A stretch of 63,969 nucleotides of DNA, filler included, from Choristocarpus tenellus KU-1152 (GCA_964200185.2; 6 parts of 6 records of this genome joined end to end with filler, not necessarily neighbours in it), one strand, 5' to 3'; counted from the whole stretch's first letter, positions 29,551-41,004 are shown. Notes: a model not told the origin generated them from the sequence alone. A program made the numbers and translations.

Positions 29551-29650
29551 NNNNNNNNNNNNNNNNNNNNNNNNNNNNNNNNNNNNNNNNNNNNTTAATT
29601 AATTAANNNNNNNNNNNNNNNNNNNNNNNNNNNNNNNNNNNNNNNNNNNN
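29551..29650. other. artificial contig linker (N44-TTAATTAATTAA-N44)
   Basis: Identical 100-bp structure occurs five times; the core gives stop codons in all six frames. Confidence 0.97.
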
Positions 29651-31850
29651 CCGACTTGGTGCCAACACTGACTACAACACGTACCACCCCTCACCATATA
29701 CGCACAATCACCACACCCCTTAGGATTGGATGGATAGGGACGGCAGACCGCACAATAACTCGTCTACGAAATTTCTATACATCGACACGTTCCGAACACA
29801 GGAGACAGTCCACCTATTGGCATACAAGATCGACCATGCAGGATGACACGACCCACGTGTCCCAAACCTCGGTGGCATAAAGTCAATGCACAGGTTCTTC
29901 ACTGGTCAGCTCACCAGCGGAGACTCCCGTATATTGATATACACCAACCTGTTGTGCTACTGCACGAACTGTTCCGTCGGCAACCTGGCCCAATGCAGGT
30001 GGCAACTAACCCACGTGCCCCCGCTTTGGGAGATAGACCCCGGGTTTTCCACAGAAACAGGAACGAGCGATATGTACCTGAGAAGCCAGCTGTCGAGGAA
30101 GAAGAGACAGCTCGCTGAGGGGAACATATGCATTGTGCGGACGCAGCCATCGGAGTACAATGGTATAGAGTTCTTGCCATTCACTGTCCACCGCAAGGAC
30201 ACGAATCAATGGAACGCCAGGCACCACTCCAGCTACGGAGGGATGTTCAGTACTGGAGGTGAGGTTATCTTTGTCACTGAAGACTTCGAGGTGCTGAATG
30301 CTAGCTTTGCTGATGGAGTGCCAACTATTCGCATGTCACAGACGGACAAGGTGAGAAACGCTTCTTGTTGTTACTAAGAGAACAATGCTTCACAGGAATG
30401 ATTCCACCCTGTCCATATACACATGTTGCATATCCCCTGGTATCCCCTCATATACAAATAAAACCCTCCCATAACGTCCAACCCTGACAATCAAACTAGT
30501 GTCATTTCTTTCTCCTACTCTACAACCACAATCGTCAAATTTCACAAAATATTTTCCAAGTTCCATAGGGCAAATAAGCATATCCCATTCCTTCATTTCA
30601 CTGTCTAAGTGTATCCTCTATCCTACATAAAAACCTCCATTCCTCAAAACCAAAACAAACAATACCCCTATACAACCAAACAAGGCCATCACGCGCAAAC
30701 ACATGTCAATAGTCCAACACACCAACACAGCCCTTGCAACGAACATCTTTGTGGTGATGCAGGACGCACAACCGAGTCCCCGCATCGTGCCCCTTCAGGC
30801 TTATCATCGTCCCGGACTTCACAGACATCCACCACAACCACCTGGACAGCACATTCACGATCCTGCCTGGTCAATACCAGAGGTTCACCTCAGAATCCAA
30901 CCGGCAATCCCTCGGTGGGATACCTGCTCGCTTCTCCAGGCAACTCAGACTTGGGGACACATCCAACTCCAGGCTCGGTCGAGGAACCAGCTTCATCCTA
31001 TGCGCGAGTGGGGGGTCTATTTTACAGGGGAAGGTCAGCGATGTTCACGTGGACGGTTCAGGGGCGTACATTTACTCAGTGTCCTACCTTTCGGACGATG
31101 GCAAAAAATCTTTGCCCCCTCATCTGAGGTCGTGCATGACAGAGGGCAAGATAGAGGAGGGTGTTGACCAACTTCGGGAGAAGAACAAGAGAGACAGTAT
31201 CAAGGCTGCAGCCCAGCGTGTCAGACAACGCCGCCAGTCTATGGTTGGCCACCAGTGGAAGCATAGGGACATGGAGAAGGATACGGAGAAATATATACGA
31301 GTGAAAGTATCTTGGAGGGTACGAGATTTGCCCCGTTTATCCATTTGGGGCTTGGCTTCCCATGGGTTCTTTTATGACATTTTCCTTCTCCAAAATGTTT
31401 AGAAACAGGTAAAGTGTTTATGTTATGAAAAGGTGTTTCCAGAACATGGATATTGACACTTCCTAACAAACACGATAGCCAAAATTGCATTGAAATCGCA
31501 ACATTGGATTTTAGTCCCCAAATGGACGCAACTCTACCCTCTAAGATACGTTGCCTCATACTCCTTGAACCGACACTGAGGGCTGTGCCGGATTTTGATG
31601 AGGGAGAAACACTCAATGCCGGTGCTAAGGGCAGGGGACTATACTTCAGATGGGACGATCAGTGGATGTGAGGGACCGTGACGAAGTACTAGCCCCACTA
31701 CACGGTGAAAGTTGGAGATGAATGAGTCAGCTACCCCTACAAGGTTAAATGGGAGAATGGCAACTTGCGAAATATCCATCTTCTTGTCGAACGCTAGAGT
31801 ATAGACCAAGACGTTCCTACTCATGCCTGGTTCTGGACAAGTCCCACTCT
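29651..31850 (+). pseudogene. degenerate DNA-transposase-like gene, C-terminal part (CxCxxC motif, tentatively Sola-like) with Tudor/SH3-like modules
   Basis: Reads ..PNLGGIKSMHRFFTG..LIYTNLLCYCTNCSVGNLAQC.. (~29860-30000), then a GTGAGA donor at 30351. Later EWGVYFTG/VSDVHVDGSGAYIYSVSYLSDDG (frameshifted) and, after removing the MITE at 31299, KYILLEPTLR..KGRGLYFRWDDQWM*GTVTKY*..YPYKVKWENG..HAWFW with in-frame stops. The family assignment rests on motif recall only. Confidence 0.45.
31299..31557. mobile_element. MITE family A inserted in the transposase-like ORF
   Basis: GAGTGAAAGTATCTTGGAGGGTAC...TACCCTCTAAGATACGTTGCCTC, flanked by ATAC/ATAC. Confidence 0.9.
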
Positions 31851-31855
31851 GCCCC

Positions 31856-32377
31856 GAGTCAAATTATCTTAGAGGGTAGAGCTGCGTCCATTTGGAGGCC
31901 AAAATCCAATGTTGCAATTTTGATGTAATTTTGACTATCATGTTTGTTAGGAGCCAAAGTATCTTAGAGGGTAGAGTCGCGTCCATTTTGGGATCAAAAT
32001 CCGATGTTACGATTTTTTGACGTAATTTTGGCCATCGTGTTTGTTAGGAAGTATCAATATCCTTGTTGCGGAAACACCTTTTCATAACGTATACATTTTA
32101 CCTGTTCCTAAACATTTTGGAGAAGGAAAATGTCATAAAAGAACCCATGGGAAGCCAAGCCCCAAATGGATAAACGGAGCAAATCTCGTACCCTCTAAGA
32201 TACGTTCACTCTAGGAGATGTCAATATCCTTGTTCTGGACGCACCTTTTCATAACGTATACATTTTACGTACTCCAAAACAGTTTGGAGTAGGTAAAATG
32301 TCAATAACAACCCGTAGGAAGCCAAGCCCCATATGGACAAACAGGGAAAACTCGTACCCTCTAAGATGCGTTCACTC
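31856..32377. mobile_element. MITE family A (outer) containing a nested family A copy
   Basis: GAGTCAAATTATCTTAGAGGGTAG at 31856 and CTAAGATGCGTTCACTC at 32377; flanks CCC(C); the sequence resumes correctly after the inner copy. Confidence 0.88.
31951..32211. mobile_element. MITE family A (inner, nested)
   Basis: GAGCCAAAGTATCTTAGAGGGTAG...CTAAGATACGTTCACTC; TSD TAG. Confidence 0.9.
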
Positions 32378-32980
32378 CCCCATACTGACGAGAGACACGG
32401 CTTTGAGGAGCTACCTAGGCCAATTCCTGTTCGTGAGTCACCCTCTACTTCGCCAATCAGACACATGCCTCTACAGGCATGTTGTGCTGGAGAGGTCGGA
32501 GGTTCTCTAAATCAACGGACTGACACATATGATACATTGATTTTAATATCTTCCTGAAGAGTTTGTGTTATGTGTCCTCATACGCATGCTTTTATTGGCC
32601 CGGTGGCAACCTAGATTTCATCTCGATTAGTGCGTTCTGCTACTATCCTCTAATACGTTATCTACCATGCCCCAATCCCTCTTCCTCCCCTCTTTGCGTT
32701 GGTCGGACCACAGAGCAATTAACCGAAACCTTGCTAAAATAACGTTTACGCAGAAGCATTTCATACTCCGTACCACCATCTACAGCACAAGTCGAGATTT
32801 TCTCAACAGATAACACCTCTTCCAAACCCAATCCAAACGGTGGCAACCATCCCAGCTCCAAACTTCGAACCCAACGGCAACTTCCCTGAGCCATAGTCAC
32901 ACAGTCTACACCCACTCAAGCGCCAAGCACAGATCCTAAAGGCATTTTATTCCCAAATACATCAACAAAGGACGATGACT

Positions 32981-33122
32981 GGGTCAAAGTATCTGGGGGG
33001 GTGGTGGTTAGTGAGGGATCCCACGACTGAATACAGCAATTGCTATAATTTTTGAGCACTTTGTCGGGGCCGAAACGGACGTTCCCTCCCTAACCACCAC
33101 CATCCCTATGATATTTTGGCCC
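32981..33122. mobile_element. MITE, family C-like
   Basis: GGGTCAAAGTATCTGGGGGG ... GATATTTTGGCCC; TSD ACT. Confidence 0.75.
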
Positions 33123-33502
33123 ACTGGTTGATTTACTTGCTGGGAAAGATTTACTCCTCCCACCTGAGCCAACTACCATACGAGCAGCGATGGAGTCTGA
33201 GAAGTGGCCTTTGTGGAAAGGGGCCATTGATGACGAAGTCGATGATCTGGACAACAGGGGAGTGTGGATTCAAGTACCTCGCCCCACAGATGGTCACAAG
33301 GTACTCGGGACAAAAATAGTGTTTACCAGGAAGGTGGATGCTAATGGAGAAGTGGAAAGGTACAATGCCAAGTTGGTTGTCCAGGGACTCAGGCAGAGGA
33401 AGGGGGAGAATTTCTTCGAGTCATTTCACCAACACCTACGCATGCATATCTAGCAGCGAAGATGAATTATGTGTTGATCCACAGTGATGGGAAGAAGGCT
33501 TT

Positions 33503-33680
33503 GACTCAAAGCATCTGGGGAGGGGGGAGGGTCTTCACCAGGGTGTCCATTCGGACCCTGACCAGGAAAAGTGCACTTACCTTATCCACATCCGATGCAT
33601 GCAACCAGATCACCAAAAAACGACATGGAAAAATGGGCCCCAAATGGACAGCCGCCACCCCCCCCCAGATACTCTGAGCC
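33503..33680. mobile_element. MITE family B inside the copia RT
   Basis: GACTCAAAGCATCTGGGG...CCCCAGATACTCTGAGCC; TSD TTT; excision restores AAG GCT TTC ACT CAG (KAFTQ). Confidence 0.9.
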
Positions 33681-34196
33681 TTTCACTCAGGCTGACTTGG
33701 AGGAAACTCATATATGTGGAACTTCCTGAAGGAAAGGCAAAGTTTGATGGAGCAGTGGGATTACCGAAAAAATCCCTGTACGGGATATTCGAGGCTTCTC
33801 GAAACTAGAATTTTCTGCTGGTGGAAGCATTGTTGGAGTTAGGCTTGGAACAATATGAGGCAGATCCGTGTCTGTTCAGAATGATTGTGGATGGTGAGAC
33901 TATGATGATCATGATTGTTCATGTGGACGACATGTCGATGGATGAGAAATCAGGGGCTGGTCATGCGGTGCACATCATAGAGGAACTTAATTGAGAAGTT
34001 CCCAGTGGTGAATTTGGGTGAGGTAGCTAAATTTATGGGGTGCAGGATCATGAGGAACAGGAAAACTGGGACACTTGTGGTGGATCAGAGCTTGTACATC
34101 GGAGAACTGGCTAAAAGACATGATATTGGCACGACTTGCGAGCTACCGTCCATCACAAAAATGTGGAACAAGAGGGACCTGTTCCAGATAATTACA

Positions 34197-34456
34197 GAGT
34201 GAAAGTATCTTAGAGGGTACGAGTTTTTCCCTGTTTGTCCGTTTGGTGCTTGGCTTCCCACGGTTTTTTTTATGGCATTTTACCTACTCCAAAACGTTTT
34301 GGAGTAGGTAAAATGTGTACGTTATGAAAAGGTGTGTCTGCAACAAGGATCTTGGCACTTCCTAACAAACACGATAGCCAAAATCACATCCAAATCGCGA
34401 TATTGAGTCTTGGTCCCCAAACGGACACAGCTCTACTCTCTAAGATACTTTCACGC
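34197..34456. mobile_element. MITE family A inside the copia RT
   Basis: GAGTGAAAGTATCTTAGAGGGTAC...CTCTAAGATACTTTCACGC; TSD ACA; excision restores TAC AGA TCT ATG (YRSM). Confidence 0.92.
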
Positions 34457-35217
34457 ACAGATCTATGATTGGTGGTATACAATGGGCTGCTATCATGACT
34501 AGACCCTATGTATCATTTTCAGTTAGAGAGTTGGCTTCGTGTGTGGAGAATCCAAGTTAGTCTGATTGGTGTAATGCTAGGAGAGTGATTGAGTACCTGT
34601 TGGGTACTAAAGAGCATGGAATTAACTTCGGTGACTTTGGATTGTATGGGAATGGGCCAAGGGATCAATTAATTGGCTATACAGATGCTGATTACGCTAA
34701 CTGTAAAGATAGTAGATTGTATATTTCAGGTGGTTTTTGATGTTTGGGGGAGGATGTGTCGATTGGTGGTCGAGAAAGCACGAAACGGTTACACTGTCTA
34801 CTGCTGAGGCTGAGTATATTGCACTGTATGAGTTGGGGAAAGAGGTTATGTTACTCAAGCAAGTGCAAATGTTCATGCAACCACTTTGTAAGGATTACCC
34901 TGTGTACCTGTGCTCGAGGATAATGATGATGCAATCAAGATTGCTAAGAAGGCAGTATCTGGTGGTAGAACCAAGCGCATTGATATTAGGTATCACTACG
35001 TACGTCAGTTGAAGAGGGAAGGCAAGATAGTAATTGGATATTTGCCAACGGAGTTCCAACATAGTGATATTTTTACTAAGGGTTCGTCTAAGGAATATTT
35101 CAATAGGCATTCCAGTGTTATCATCCGTAGAATGAAGCGAAATTGATTTCTGGTTTAAGATATGTCCAAGAATGTTTTAGGAGTTGTTTTTCTTACTTTA
35201 TGTTCAAAGCAGGGGAG

Positions 35218-35742
35218 TGAGTTAAGAATATGCTTTTTATTCATGTGTAAAAGAAGATTTCGTAGGATAAATAATCAGTTGTTGGATTATGTTTCGATAA
35301 CGGGAAATTGATAGGAAAGTTAACCTGTTGGAGTCAAAGTACCTTAGAGGGTAGAGCCGTGTCCATTTGGGGGCCAAATCCAATGTTGCGATTTTGATGT
35401 AATTTTGGCTCTATTGTTTGTTAGGAAGTGTCGATATCCTTGTTCGGGACACACCTTTTCATAACGTATACATTTGAACTACTCCGAAACACTTCAGAGT
35501 AGGAAATGTAATAAAACGTACATGGGAAGCCTAGCCCCAAACGGACAAACAGGGCAAAACTCATACCCTAAAAGATACTTTCACTCTTGAGTATCATGAG
35601 AATATTATCTGGGTTATTATAGCACGACACAGAGAATGGGTGACGTGTTAAGTGAGTGACGTGTTATTAGAATATGAATGGTAAGGTGAAAACTCCCTTT
35701 GAGGTTCAAGGTTCTCTCCTTCCATACACGTTCCTTAATTCA
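35218..35742 (+). repeat. putative copia 3' LTR (about 266 bp after removing the MITE)
   Basis: Follows the polypurine tract AGGGGAG (35211-35217); starts TGAGTTAAGAA and ends TTCCTTAATTCA, giving TG..CA with an imperfect inverted repeat. Confidence 0.65.
35331..35586. mobile_element. MITE family A inside the LTR
   Basis: GAGTCAAAGTACCTTAGAGGGTAG...AAAGATACTTTCACTC; TSD TTG. Confidence 0.9.
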
Positions 35743-36696
35743 TGTACAACCTGTTCTGTATAATAAGGAATTGATCGAGTCATTTACATACACAAGTCTT
35801 AGGAACACCAATTTCTTTAACAAGAACAAGATACACAAATGGTAGGGAATAGCTCACAAGGTAAGGGGGATGATGACCGTGACGAAGAAAAACATCATAG
35901 ATAAGTGTATGGTAGGAATGGGACATGTGTAGATAAGTGAGAGTTTCCGACACAATGCAAGGGGTATCCGGGGAAATCCATAGAAGAAGAAATAACGAAG
36001 AACAGACCACGATGTTATCAATGTTATGGAGGAGTAAAATAGGATAAACCCGTAAATGACGAATCGGGCCGATTTCTACGGTAGCTGTCTTGGCAGAGGT
36101 GGGAGTATACGTTAATACTCTAGGTTATAACAACAATACTTTATAGGTTGGTACACACAGCAGGACGGAAAAGGGTTGAGGGTCCTGCCAGAGTTTCAGT
36201 GTAAAGGGTAGGTGGGGACGAGTAGTAGAGTGCACCGTTTATGTCGCAAACATGTTTATCCCATAGAGTCCACTACAAAAAGAGAAACGATAATGGGTCA
36301 GGGTGTAGGAGTAGTGTACCTGCGACAATCTTGTAGAGCAAGTACAGATTAGATATTGTTTGAAATGAGAGCTGGGGCAGATATCAGGTCTACGTTGATC
36401 GGTGATAGAGTACGTGGGTTGTTTTCCGTGGCATATGTCGTCCACCCCAAACCCATATGTCAAGAAAAATCGAACAGCGTGGGCTCATCGTAGGATGATG
36501 TAGAGGGGACCACCCCATACAAGGGTCACACGCGGAAAGTACACGTATAGTAATGGGACATTTATTAGGCGTAGGCACCATGTGAATCAATGGTTATGTA
36601 AATATGAGTAGTCATAGTTTTTTATGTAGCATAGCTATGAGCTGGGAGACAATGTGGTACAAGAAACAAAACAGATAAGAAAACCTGTATAGATAG

Positions 36697-36841
36697 GAGT
36701 ACTGGATGAGGGCACGTGGTAGTTGGGGATTTCTTGGTGGAGCTACCGCCACGAAATTAAGAAGAGATATTTTCAGAGTACTGAATGAGGACACGTGGTA
36801 GGTGGGGATTTAAAGTGGAGTGAATGCCACGAAAGTAAGAA
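36697..36841. repeat. imperfect tandem duplication (about 79 bp x2)
   Basis: GAGTACTGGATGAGGGCACGTGGTAGTTGGGGATTT..GCCACGAAATTAAGA is repeated as GAGTACTGAATGAGGACACGTGGTAGGTGGGGATTT..GCCACGAAAGTAAGA. Confidence 0.75.
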
Positions 36842-37220
36842 TTGGGGGTTGGAAGTAGATGTACGGTCGGTGATACGATGATTAAAAACGAGATGCGATA
36901 GTTAAAGAAAGGGATTGGGTGAAAGCATCATATTGGAAAGTATAAAGGTAAAGAAGAGTAAACCAAAATAAAGAAGGGGGGAGTGGAATGATTAACCGTA
37001 GCTCCTGCACCACCCTTCGTAAAAACTTGAGATGACCTTGTGAATAAAGGGCTACTGCTTACAATGATAGGTTACATTTGAGGGCCTTAGATAGTAGGGA
37101 TTGGGACTACGATGTATGACTGTTTAAGGAAGATTCGCAGGCATCATTTCTACAACCATTGACAAATCACCACAGTGAAGGAAAGTGATAAAAGAAGGTA
37201 TAGGGCCTAATAGTGGGATA

Positions 37221-37479
37221 GAGTGAAAGTATCTTAGCGGGTGAGAGTTTTGCCCTGTTTGTCCATTTGGGGCTTGGCTTCCCATGTTTTTTTTAATGAC
37301 ATTTTCCGACTCCAAAATATTTAGGAGTAGGTAAAATATATGCGTTATGAAATGGTGTGTCATGAATATGGATATTGACACTTCCTAACAAACACGATAG
37401 CCAAAATTACACAAAAATCGTAACATTGGATTTTGGCCTCCAAATGGACACGGCTTTACCCTCTAAGGTACTTTGACTC
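37221..37479. mobile_element. MITE family A
   Basis: GAGTGAAAGTATCTTAGCGGGT...ACCCTCTAAGGTACTTTGACTC; TSD ATA. Confidence 0.9.
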
Positions 37480-37724
37480 ATAATCAGTTCAAGTCAATAA
37501 AGGGGTGGAGGGGGGGGGAAGAGATCCAGGTCACAATAGTGGGGAAAAATCAGATACGATGGTACGGCATGAACTACTCCAACAGTTCGAGTTGCACAAG
37601 GAGTGGAAATGGATGTGTTCAATTGAAAGGAAGATATATGAATAATAGGCGGCAGTGTTACAGGCGCCCCTCAATGCTCACCTTCCAGGATGTACAACTC
37701 AAAACCAACGACCTTAAAACGATG

Positions 37725-37824
37725 NNNNNNNNNNNNNNNNNNNNNNNNNNNNNNNNNNNNNNNNNNNNTTAATTAATTAANNNNNNNNNNNNNNNNNNNN
37801 NNNNNNNNNNNNNNNNNNNNNNNN
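37725..37824. other. artificial contig linker
   Basis: N44-TTAATTAATTAA-N44. Confidence 0.97.
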
Positions 37825-39066
37825 TATCCATGCGGACGTTGCAAACCCCTCATGGCAATCAACGCTGGTCTTACCCATGTTCTCAGTCAGCGGAATCGAG
37901 ACCACAAGACCCTTGTAATATTAACCTTACTCATCCATATCGAGCTGTTCCTTGTCCTTCAATAAAGCACCATAAAAGCCGCGGGTCCAGTGTGGGATAG
38001 TTCAACATGTAGTTCACCGTTCTATATATTTTTCTAGTATATCATATGAAAAAGAAAATAACAAGAAATTGGTTGACTACATAATATAAGTTGATTTGTC
38101 ATCTGGAAGGGGTCACAAAATCAGATTACCAGGACAATCGTAGAGATGATAGTAGATGTATGGGTTGAGGGAGAGGGTGAGGGGGGGGATGTGAAAGGTT
38201 GAAGTCGAAAGATCTTTTTGTGTTTTAGAGTAATCAGAGTTTCTGATGATTCACATCGACTAATCAATGTACCTTTATGTTGATTGTAAAGTTGACGTTT
38301 ATTTGGAGGGGTTCGTTGTACATTTATTCCGTGTCTTGAAAGCGCTTGCATATAGTTCTGAATTCCACCCTCCAAAAACAGTCGTTAGTCAATGTGAAGA
38401 AGCTCCCCTTTGCTGGACAATTATAGCAATTATATACGGCAAGATTTATATGCTTCCTATCAATTCTCAACATCAAATATCTATCCTCTTCATCTCGTTG
38501 AAATTAAGTTAACGGTTTTGTGTTTGTGTGTTTTGCAGATTTTTCGTCCAGGTTGAAAGTGTGGGAGACAGTTCTGATTCCCAGCCACGCGAAACGGTTA
38601 CTGGTCAATGTAATGAAGATCGGGTTTGCTTGATATTAAGTAATGTACTATGTATGACAAGGTTTAATATTGAATTGGCTCTTCCCCTGACACATCTCCG
38701 AATATGAGAGGGTATAATAATATATATTGAGTATTTAGTATATTTCTCATCCATTATAAAAAAAACAAATATCCGTTCCTTTCCAACAAATTCTATTCCT
38801 TTTTAGGGCAAGAACCTTCAAGACTGTACATAAGGAGGCGGTAAGACTTCTGAAGTCAGAGTGGACTGCATGGTTCGATGTGACTATTTTGATGAAATGA
38901 CAACAACCACACTACAAACGTGCGTAACCCTAAACCCTTGATGTGTACTGGGGAGTTAGGTATTTTTGGGATGACCCCCAGGCTTAACCAACCAGATATT
39001 TTAACCTCATATTCGAACCATTTTGATACATTTTTCTCGACGTAAAGATATTTCCACATCACTTTA

Positions 39067-40173
39067 CAGTGTTGGTAGTCGCCAACTTTGTTGTGCCATA
39101 ACGTTTGATCAAAAACAATAATTTCCATGAAATTCGTTTGTTGTGATCGCATCAGTATGCCTAACCTTATTTGATGGGTCTCGGTTGGCCAACTTGCATT
39201 AATCATGAGAAATACAAGACCATAATTAAATCAAGTGGTCCGCGCGCACGGTTCGCACGATCCGCGTGTTTTAGGATCATTTTGACACCTGAAGAGGTCA
39301 TCTTCTCCCCCCAGAGAACGTGGGCGTTGTTGTCTCTCCATTCTCTTTCCATTACTTCCCGTTTATGCGATGTTGTCACCTGCTGGCTAAGGCTCACTCA
39401 TGCGAGCCAAGCCTCCGAATCAGACAATCCATGCCAAGTCAAATGAGGTATTCTGAAGGTGCAAGGCCCCCTGTGAGACTTAAATGTCTAGTATACTTTG
39501 TCCAATTTGGTGCACTCCATGCCTTTCTCGTTGGAATATATCAGGTAGTAAGCAATCCTCGACCTGAAGAACCTCTTCACAATTGCTCTGGACAGCCCAC
39601 TTCCTCCTTAAGACTGACAGGAATGTTGGCTCTCATTCCAGGCAACGTGTAGTCACAGTGGCCTCATACATAGTTCTTCGCCCACCCCCAGACCATCTCT
39701 ATGGGGTTCAATTCACAGTGATACTTTGGAAGCATCAAGCAGTGTCCTCCAAGACGCTTAACCAGAATTGTGTCCTGTGAGTGGCTTACGCAGTACTAAG
39801 CCGAGGTTCGCCCACGTACCGTTTTGGCGGCGACCAATCTTGATATTTTTGAAAGAGTTGCCCAACGAGTTAGTCGATGATGAGCATATTTGATGAAAGC
39901 TCTGGATCTAAGCGATCGACAGGTGCAAAAGAAATTTATCGGAAAAATATGCTGGGTCATGATACTTCACTCCGGAGCATTTCCAAGGTTGTGCCGAAAA
40001 CAGTCGGTTAAACTTTAACCTTACCAAAAAAACATTGTGAAAAAAGTCCTTTGCAGCAGTGATAGCTTAGATCCTAAGCTTTTATTTTGTATGTTCATCG
40101 TCGTTTAACTCGTTGACCAACCCTTTCAAAAAAATCAAGACTGGTCTCATCCTAGAGGCGACTGCCAACACTA
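39067..40173 (-). mobile_element. non-autonomous Tc1/mariner-IS630-type element carrying a transposase C-terminal remnant
   Basis: TA-CAGTGTTGGTAGTCGCC at the left and GAGGCGACTGCCAACACTA at the right; the minus strand encodes GGHCLMLPKYHCELNPIEMVWGWAKNYV..FKSHR; inverted homologue of 55168-56271. Confidence 0.88.
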
Positions 40174-40350
40174 CAGCGATATTTCCTGGATATTTGGCCA
40201 TGCTGTAACGTGTTTTGGTTAGGGTTAGGGTAAGGGTTGAACAAAGGGTTTGGTTTGTTTTGCTCACGAATTCTGGATTATTATTATTTTATTCTATGTT
40301 TCCATTCTCCCCTTTCCCCCTTTCCTCCCCAATTCTATCACTCCTTTTGA

Positions 40351-40560
40351 CCAACCAGTGCGACCTCTTCGCCACTGATTTCCCGTCATCCCCCCCCTCC
40401 CTGCAATGGCCAACCAATGCAAACCCCTTTCGCCACTGATTTCCAGCCAACGCCCACCTCTGATGACTAACCATGGCATACCCCCTGATTTCCAGTCACC
40501 CCCCACATCTGATGACCAACCAAGGCGAACCCCTTTCGACCCTGATTTCCAGTCTTCCCC
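40351..40560. repeat. minisatellite, unit about 50-60 bp, about 4 copies, runs into the contig end
   Basis: Recurring CCAACCA..CCTTTCG.C.CTGATTTCCAGTCA.CCCC..CTGATGAC. Confidence 0.85.
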
Positions 40561-40660
40561 NNNNNNNNNNNNNNNNNNNNNNNNNNNNNNNNNNNNNNNN
40601 NNNNTTAATTAATTAANNNNNNNNNNNNNNNNNNNNNNNNNNNNNNNNNNNNNNNNNNNN
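40561..40660. other. artificial contig linker
   Basis: N44-TTAATTAATTAA-N44. Confidence 0.97.
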
Positions 40661-41004
40661 GGGGGGGAGCGCGGGTGGTATGGTTAGTCTAGGGTTTGTT
40701 GTTGTGACTTGTGGGGAAGAAGGGTGTGATGGATTTTTTTTTTTTTAAGAGAGCACAATTCAGTCGCTTTTTGCGGTGTGGCATTGAGAGATGGAAATGG
40801 ACTGAACAAACAGACACAGCTCTCATCTGCGGTCGAGGTTGTCCTGGTACTGGAGGGTGATGAAAAGTCTTGTTTTGACAATGGATCAGTGCTTGCTTTA
40901 TTGATCTTTGGCTAGTGGATGCCTCCATTTGCTGCTTGACTGAAATGTCCTTATGATTCCTCTACCCTCTTTGCTCTCCTGTGCTTTGTCTGTGGGGTCT
41001 TCAG

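Larger units (their letters stand above)
32960..35742 (+). mobile_element. Ty1/copia LTR retrotransposon, 5'-truncated and inactivated (RT, RNase H, PPT, 3' LTR)
   Basis: EPTTIRAAMESEKWPLWKGAIDDEV..VLGTKIVFTRKVDANGEVERYNAKLVVQG; KKAFTQADLEE..IYVELPEG; KKSLYG; IVHVDD (33920-33931 for HVDD); YRSMIGG..TRP; RNase H motifs GYTDADYA, STAEAEYIAL, EDN..AI, RTKRIDIRYHYVR, SDIFTKG (ORF ends 35146). Several stops, frameshifts and four MITE insertions. The left boundary is approximate. Confidence 0.95.

Noticed and set aside
29595-29606. TTAATTAATTAA palindrome repeated five times in the window
   Set aside because: Always centred in exactly 44+44 Ns: a synthetic six-frame-stop linker, not biology. It also means gene order across it cannot be interpreted.
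5757-37479. Recurring small ORFs (GKPSPKWTN.., MDATLPSKI.., MGSQAPNGQT..) as a peptide gene family
   Set aside because: They are chance translations of MITE family A and B copies, and their frames are not conserved between copies.
35743-37724. Possible LINE or other retroelement remnant after the copia LTR
   Set aside because: No RT, endonuclease or RNase H motif could be recognised on either strand.
40351-40560. Repeat-spacer-like pattern resembling a CRISPR array
   Set aside because: Units are similar along their whole length with no unique spacers, there are no cas genes, and the context is eukaryotic: a minisatellite.
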